Assembly (NCBI RefSeq): GCF_000737315.1
Contig: NZ_JMCB01000003.1
Location: 682,001-746,000 of the forward strand
DNA: 64,000 nt
Reading direction: 5' to 3'
Source: Hyalangium minutum
Lineage (GTDB): Bacteria > Myxococcota > Myxococcia > Myxococcales > Myxococcaceae
Position 1 is the stretch's first letter. Each line of letters begins with the position of its first letter. Shown here piece after piece: positions 60,801 to 64,000 of this stretch. A program made the position numbers and the translations under genes. The notes beneath the pieces were generated by a model. It was not told where the DNA came from and searched no databases. It saw nothing but the letters and a program-made list of their open reading frames with translations.

Positions 60801-62942
60801 CTCAAGCAGGGCAACGCCGCCGCCGCCCGCGCCACCCTGGAGGCCGAGGCCCGCGCCAGCCGCGATCCGCGCAGCGCCGTGGAGGCCTTCATCGCCGCCG
60901 CGAAGCTCGCCTCCGCCCGCCTGAACGATCTGGACGGCGCCGCCGCCCTGTACCGCTTGGCCCTGGAGAAGGAGCCGCTCAACCCCACCGCCACCGCGGG
61001 CCTGGAGGATCTGCTCGCCCAGCGCGGCGGCACCTCCGATCTCGCCGCCCTGCACGAGCGGCGCGGTGAGGCGAAGCTCGCCCAGCGCGACTTCAACGCC
61101 GCCGCCGCCGCCTTCGTCAGCGGCGCCAAGCTGAACCTCGCGGCGCTCAGCGATCGCTCCAGGGCCATGGCCCTGGTGGAGCGCGCGCTCGCAGCGCAGC
61201 CCGCGCACCCGGACGCCCTGGAGCTCAAGGGCCGCCTGCTGCTGGAGGCGCAGAAGTACCCCGAGGCCGCCGCGGCCATGGCCCAGCGTGTCCAGCTCGG
61301 TGGCGATCCGCGCCTGCTGGCGCAGCTCCACCTCACCCTGGGCGGCCTGTACCAGACGCACCTCAACGAGCCGAGCCGCGCCTCTGCCCACCTGCAGACG
61401 GCCCTGGCCGCCATGCCGAAGAACGAGGAGGCCCTGGAGCGCCTGGCCACGCTGCACTCGCAGGCCCGCAACTGGTCCGGCGCCGTGGACTGCCTCAAGC
61501 GCCTGCTGGAGCTGGACCTGCCCACCGTGGATCGCGCCCGCCACATGGTGGATCTGGCCCGCATCCACGACGAGGGCCTGGGCGACACCGCTGGCGCTTC
61601 CGCGCTCTACCGCAAGGCGCTGGAGCTGAGCCCTGGGGACTCCGAGCTGGTGGACCGGCTCGTCACCCTCTACGAGCGCGCCCACAACCTGCCCGAGCTG
61701 GCGCAGATGATGGAGACGCAGGTGGGCACCCTGGCCGCCGTCGACCAGAAGCGCGCCCAGGCCGTGCGCCTGCGGCTGGCCGAGCTGTACGCCCGCTCGC
61801 TGGATCAGCCCGCGCGCGCCATCTCCGTCTACCGCTCCGCGCTGGATAACGAGCCCACGAACATCCCGGCCCGCGCCGCGCTGGCGGACCTTTATATGCG
61901 GGACAGCTCGGCCACGGCGATGGCCATTGAAGAGCACCGCCAGCTGCTCAAGCTGGAGCCCACGCGGGTGGAGAGCCTCCACGCCCTCTTCAAGCTGTGG
62001 GAGGGCCTGAAGCAGAACGACAAGGCTTTCTGCGCGGCGGCGGCGCTGATGTTCCTGCGCTCGGCCAACGAGGTGGAGGTCGTCTTCTACAACGAGGCCA
62101 AGGCGCGGCTGCCCCAGGAGGGCACCGAGCGGCTCGCGCAGACGGAGCTCGACGGCATGCTGATGCACCCGTCCTCGCGCGGCCCGCTGCTCGAGGTGCT
62201 CCGGGCCATGGGTGATCAGTTCAGCAAGCTGCACCCGCCCCAGTTCGAGATGCTCGGCGTGGACAAGAAGGCCGACAAGCTCAAGCCGGACTCGGCGGTG
62301 TTCAAGGCCATTCGCACCGTGGCGAACGTGTTCGGTGTGGAGGAGTTCGAGGTCTACATGGCCCGCCGTGGGCTCATGACGCTGGAGACCACCGAGCCCC
62401 TCTCCGTGTGCGTGGGTTCGGACGTGGTGCGCAAGTTCAATGCCCGCGAGCAGAAGTTCCTCATCGGCCGCGCGGTGCTGGGCCTGCTGAACAAGACGGC
62501 GGTGCTGTCCAAGCTGTCCCAGGGCGAGACGGCCGATTTGTTCGGCAACTCCATCCGCATCCACGCGTCGCAGTTCGCCGCGCTGGGCCGCAAGAACGAC
62601 GATCAGGTCAAGCAGCTGCGCAAGGCCTTCTCGCGCAAGGCGCTCAAGGCGCTGGAGGCGCCGGCCTTCTCGCTCGGGGAGGTGCAGAAGGTGGACCTCA
62701 AGCAGATGACCGAGGGCCTGGGCCTGTCGGCGGATCGCGCCGGCATGCTGATGTGCGGAGACATCGCCGTGGGCCTCGGGCTGGTGCTGCGCGAGGATCC
62801 GTCCATGTCGGCCACCAAGGTGGACACCATGGATCCGGTGCTCCAGGCGCTCAAGCAGCGCGAGGATCTCCGGGATCTGCTCGCCTTCTCGCTGTCGGAT
62901 GACTTCTTCCGGCTGCGGCAGCGGCTGGGCGTCGCGGTGTAG
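57882..62942 (+). CDS. Very large TPR-repeat protein (1686 aa) with a degenerate M48-like C-terminal domain
   Basis: Dozens of A...Y...L...P.H.PAL..L..LY repeats. C-terminal EQKFLIGRAV...LSADRAGMLMCGD segment. Confidence 0.9.
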   Translation: MSEQNDLTRTSSSASPPVSGAPVARPATEVLAQNLSAMPAALSPEDDARERIAALEREARALSSSDPQAAALLFHELGLLWEETLKNPRNAAVAFQNAYKLAPKFLVNIRAARRLFADVGNWLMVIQLLDAELAGTEEPRQKATLLFEKASILEERLSREEEAKATWKLCLELKPNEATLLTQLEAHYAARNDSESLIEVYRLLASALENPTLRAHYLTSAGLVLEERLKQRETAATYFREAFALDRSDLLLLSAMKRLAEREGRTDELLAALAAEAHVLGTQATPAYLQIAKVYERMGRKDDALAALLAARRVTPNEPLVLSELAGIYETQGRYEELSDVLLSWVSSINDESELVAINLRLAALYEEDLKRDQDAVSRYQAILSRIPGHGPALAGLGKLYHRMGNWEGLVSVFDAEIAAAEDARSKAGRMYKAAEVLEEKLGRQEDAISRYNICLQLQPGYLPAQKALSRLYERQGRFSELVSMYEQDLLQTADRDQLISTLNKMAVIYEDRLTDLEHAIECMKRILDLASDHLATIRNLSRLYERAGRYRELIETQELEGSFAGDTKQVLSLYHRNAEILDENLKDRPGAITMYERVLALAPSYLPALKALGRLYAQEGRWHELIKMYRAEAEISPSTEQAATLQFKIGELYEHRLKAQNEAVPAYEEALTLAPSYFPALRALARIYRANGHWEKLIEVLRAEAANRIDPVERANALFQAAAIWEDQLQRPELAIEGYQEVLKVTPGHAPSLRALERLYTTQDNSKELVAILDRETQVGQTPGAKVSAYLKLARLYLDRFQEPARAAQCCEAVIQLDAGNFTALKMLERIRAADKPRRAELRYRLSERVPEARLRTALRLSAAADQDKGSSEASLDEYKLAFQENPSDVRVAFALERALRQAGDSAGLAWLYSRRLEVVTEPIERVGLMLRSADLAEHKLGDLERAGQLYRAALEAQPQCLPALMGSRRVQLKQGNAAAARATLEAEARASRDPRSAVEAFIAAAKLASARLNDLDGAAALYRLALEKEPLNPTATAGLEDLLAQRGGTSDLAALHERRGEAKLAQRDFNAAAAAFVSGAKLNLAALSDRSRAMALVERALAAQPAHPDALELKGRLLLEAQKYPEAAAAMAQRVQLGGDPRLLAQLHLTLGGLYQTHLNEPSRASAHLQTALAAMPKNEEALERLATLHSQARNWSGAVDCLKRLLELDLPTVDRARHMVDLARIHDEGLGDTAGASALYRKALELSPGDSELVDRLVTLYERAHNLPELAQMMETQVGTLAAVDQKRAQAVRLRLAELYARSLDQPARAISVYRSALDNEPTNIPARAALADLYMRDSSATAMAIEEHRQLLKLEPTRVESLHALFKLWEGLKQNDKAFCAAAALMFLRSANEVEVVFYNEAKARLPQEGTERLAQTELDGMLMHPSSRGPLLEVLRAMGDQFSKLHPPQFEMLGVDKKADKLKPDSAVFKAIRTVANVFGVEEFEVYMARRGLMTLETTEPLSVCVGSDVVRKFNAREQKFLIGRAVLGLLNKTAVLSKLSQGETADLFGNSIRIHASQFAALGRKNDDQVKQLRKAFSRKALKALEAPAFSLGEVQKVDLKQMTEGLGLSADRAGMLMCGDIAVGLGLVLREDPSMSATKVDTMDPVLQALKQREDLRDLLAFSLSDDFFRLRQRLGVAV

Positions 62943-62962
62943 CCAACGCCCGGAGGGGGCAC

Positions 62963-63637
62963 ATGCTGCGCAAGTTGGACGAGAACCTGTGGGTCGCGGA
63001 GCAGCCCCTGCGTTTCCTGGGGCTGTCCGTCGGGGCCCGTATGACGGTCATCCGGCTGTCGGACGGCGGCCTTTGGGTGCACTCCCCGCTCCGGCTCCTA
63101 CCGGAGCGAAAGGAGGCCGTGGAGGCGCTCGGCCCCGTGCGCTTCCTCGTCGCGCCCAACAAGTTCCACCACCTGTTCATCGGCGAGTGGATGGCTGCCT
63201 ACCCCCAGGCCCTCGCGTATGCCGCACCGGGCTTGCCGGAGAAGCGCAAGGACCTCCGCTTCCACGCCGTGCTCTCCGAGCAGGCGCCCGCGGAGTGGGC
63301 CGGGCAGCTCGAGGCGCTGCCCTGGCGCGGCGCTCCCCTGCTCAGTGAGACCGCCTTCTTCCACCGCCCGAGCCGCACGCTGGTGCTCACCGACACGGTG
63401 CACAACATCGGCCCGAATGCCACGGCACTGACCCGCTTCTTCTTTCGTGCGTTCGGAGGCTACGGCCGGATGGCCCCCTCGCTGCCCGAGCGCTTGGCCA
63501 TCAGGGACCGTGCCGCCGTCCGTGGCAACGTGGACGCCATCCTCCAGTGGGACTTCCAGCGCGTCATCATGGCCCATGGCCACATTGTCGAGCGAGACGG
63601 GGCCCAGGCCCTCCGCCAGGCCTACGCCTGGCTCTGA
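62963..63637 (+). CDS. DUF4336-like protein
   Basis: RMTVIRLSDGGLWVHSP, VAPNKFHHLF, FFHRPSRTLVLTD, IMAHG. Confidence 0.87.
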   Translation: MLRKLDENLWVAEQPLRFLGLSVGARMTVIRLSDGGLWVHSPLRLLPERKEAVEALGPVRFLVAPNKFHHLFIGEWMAAYPQALAYAAPGLPEKRKDLRFHAVLSEQAPAEWAGQLEALPWRGAPLLSETAFFHRPSRTLVLTDTVHNIGPNATALTRFFFRAFGGYGRMAPSLPERLAIRDRAAVRGNVDAILQWDFQRVIMAHGHIVERDGAQALRQAYAWL

Positions 63638-63656
63638 GGCTCCCGGGCCCTGAAGC

Positions 63657-64000
63657 TCAGCGCCAGCCTTCGAGCACGAGCTTGCCCACCATCTTCGCGG
63701 ACTCGAGCTTGCCGTGCGCCGCACGCATGTTCGCCGCGGAGATGGGCGTCAGCGTCTCCGTCACCGTCGTCTTCAGCTTGCCGGCGTCGAGCCACTCGGA
63801 GACCTGCTTGAGGATCCGGTGCTGCTCCTGCATGTCCTCGGTCTGGAAGATGGCCCGGGTGAACATCAGCTCCCACGCGAACCGGACGCTCTTGCGCATC
63901 AGCGCCCCCAGCTTCACCGGCTCATCCGTCTCCACGATCGAGACGATGCCGCCGAAGGGCTTGATGACCTCCACCATGGTGTCCCAATAGGCCGACGTGT
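63657..64000 (-). CDS. Zinc-binding alcohol dehydrogenase/quinone reductase family, 5'-partial
   Basis: WELMFTR, QHRIL, ANMRAAH..LES..MVGKLVL. Frame is open to the window end. Confidence 0.85.
   Translation of the reverse strand, partial: TSAYWDTMVEVIKPFGGIVSIVETDEPVKLGALMRKSVRFAWELMFTRAIFQTEDMQEQHRILKQVSEWLDAGKLKTTVTETLTPISAANMRAAHGKLESAKMVGKLVLEGWR

Overview
High-GC (roughly 68-70% by eye) myxobacterial chromosome segment, judged from gene content and codon style; the family (probably Archangiaceae/Myxococcaceae) is an inference. It holds about 52 protein genes, one tRNA-Val(CAC) and several regulatory structures. I found no integrase, intact transposase, rRNA or CRISPR array. The left half (1-31 kb) looks mostly like core genome: htpX-terC, an Hsp70 paralogue, a UvrD/PcrA helicase, aspartate kinase, hutH, a GT2, a Ser/Thr kinase, and a di-heme beta-propeller protein coupled to a histidine kinase and response regulator. 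The segment from about 32 to 57 kb looks accessory. It carries a Streptomyces TipA-like MerR regulator with its operator, two paralogous lipases bracketing a mixed 6.8-kb block, a tmRNA/tRNA-like 3' fragment, a TetR/TetX-like monooxygenase pair with a clear operator, a 5'-truncated GT1 glycosyltransferase, a low-GC DUF1801 gene and a probable glyoxalase-family remnant. The strongest sequence-level observations are: (i) a complete sigma-54 promoter with three tandem palindromic enhancer boxes at 31469-31622; (ii) the TipA-like locus; (iii) the TetR/TetX-like locus; (iv) a Zn-ribbon membrane protein with 12 TQxFG/TPxFG motifs. Family assignments come from motif recognition and remembered sequences, not database searches.
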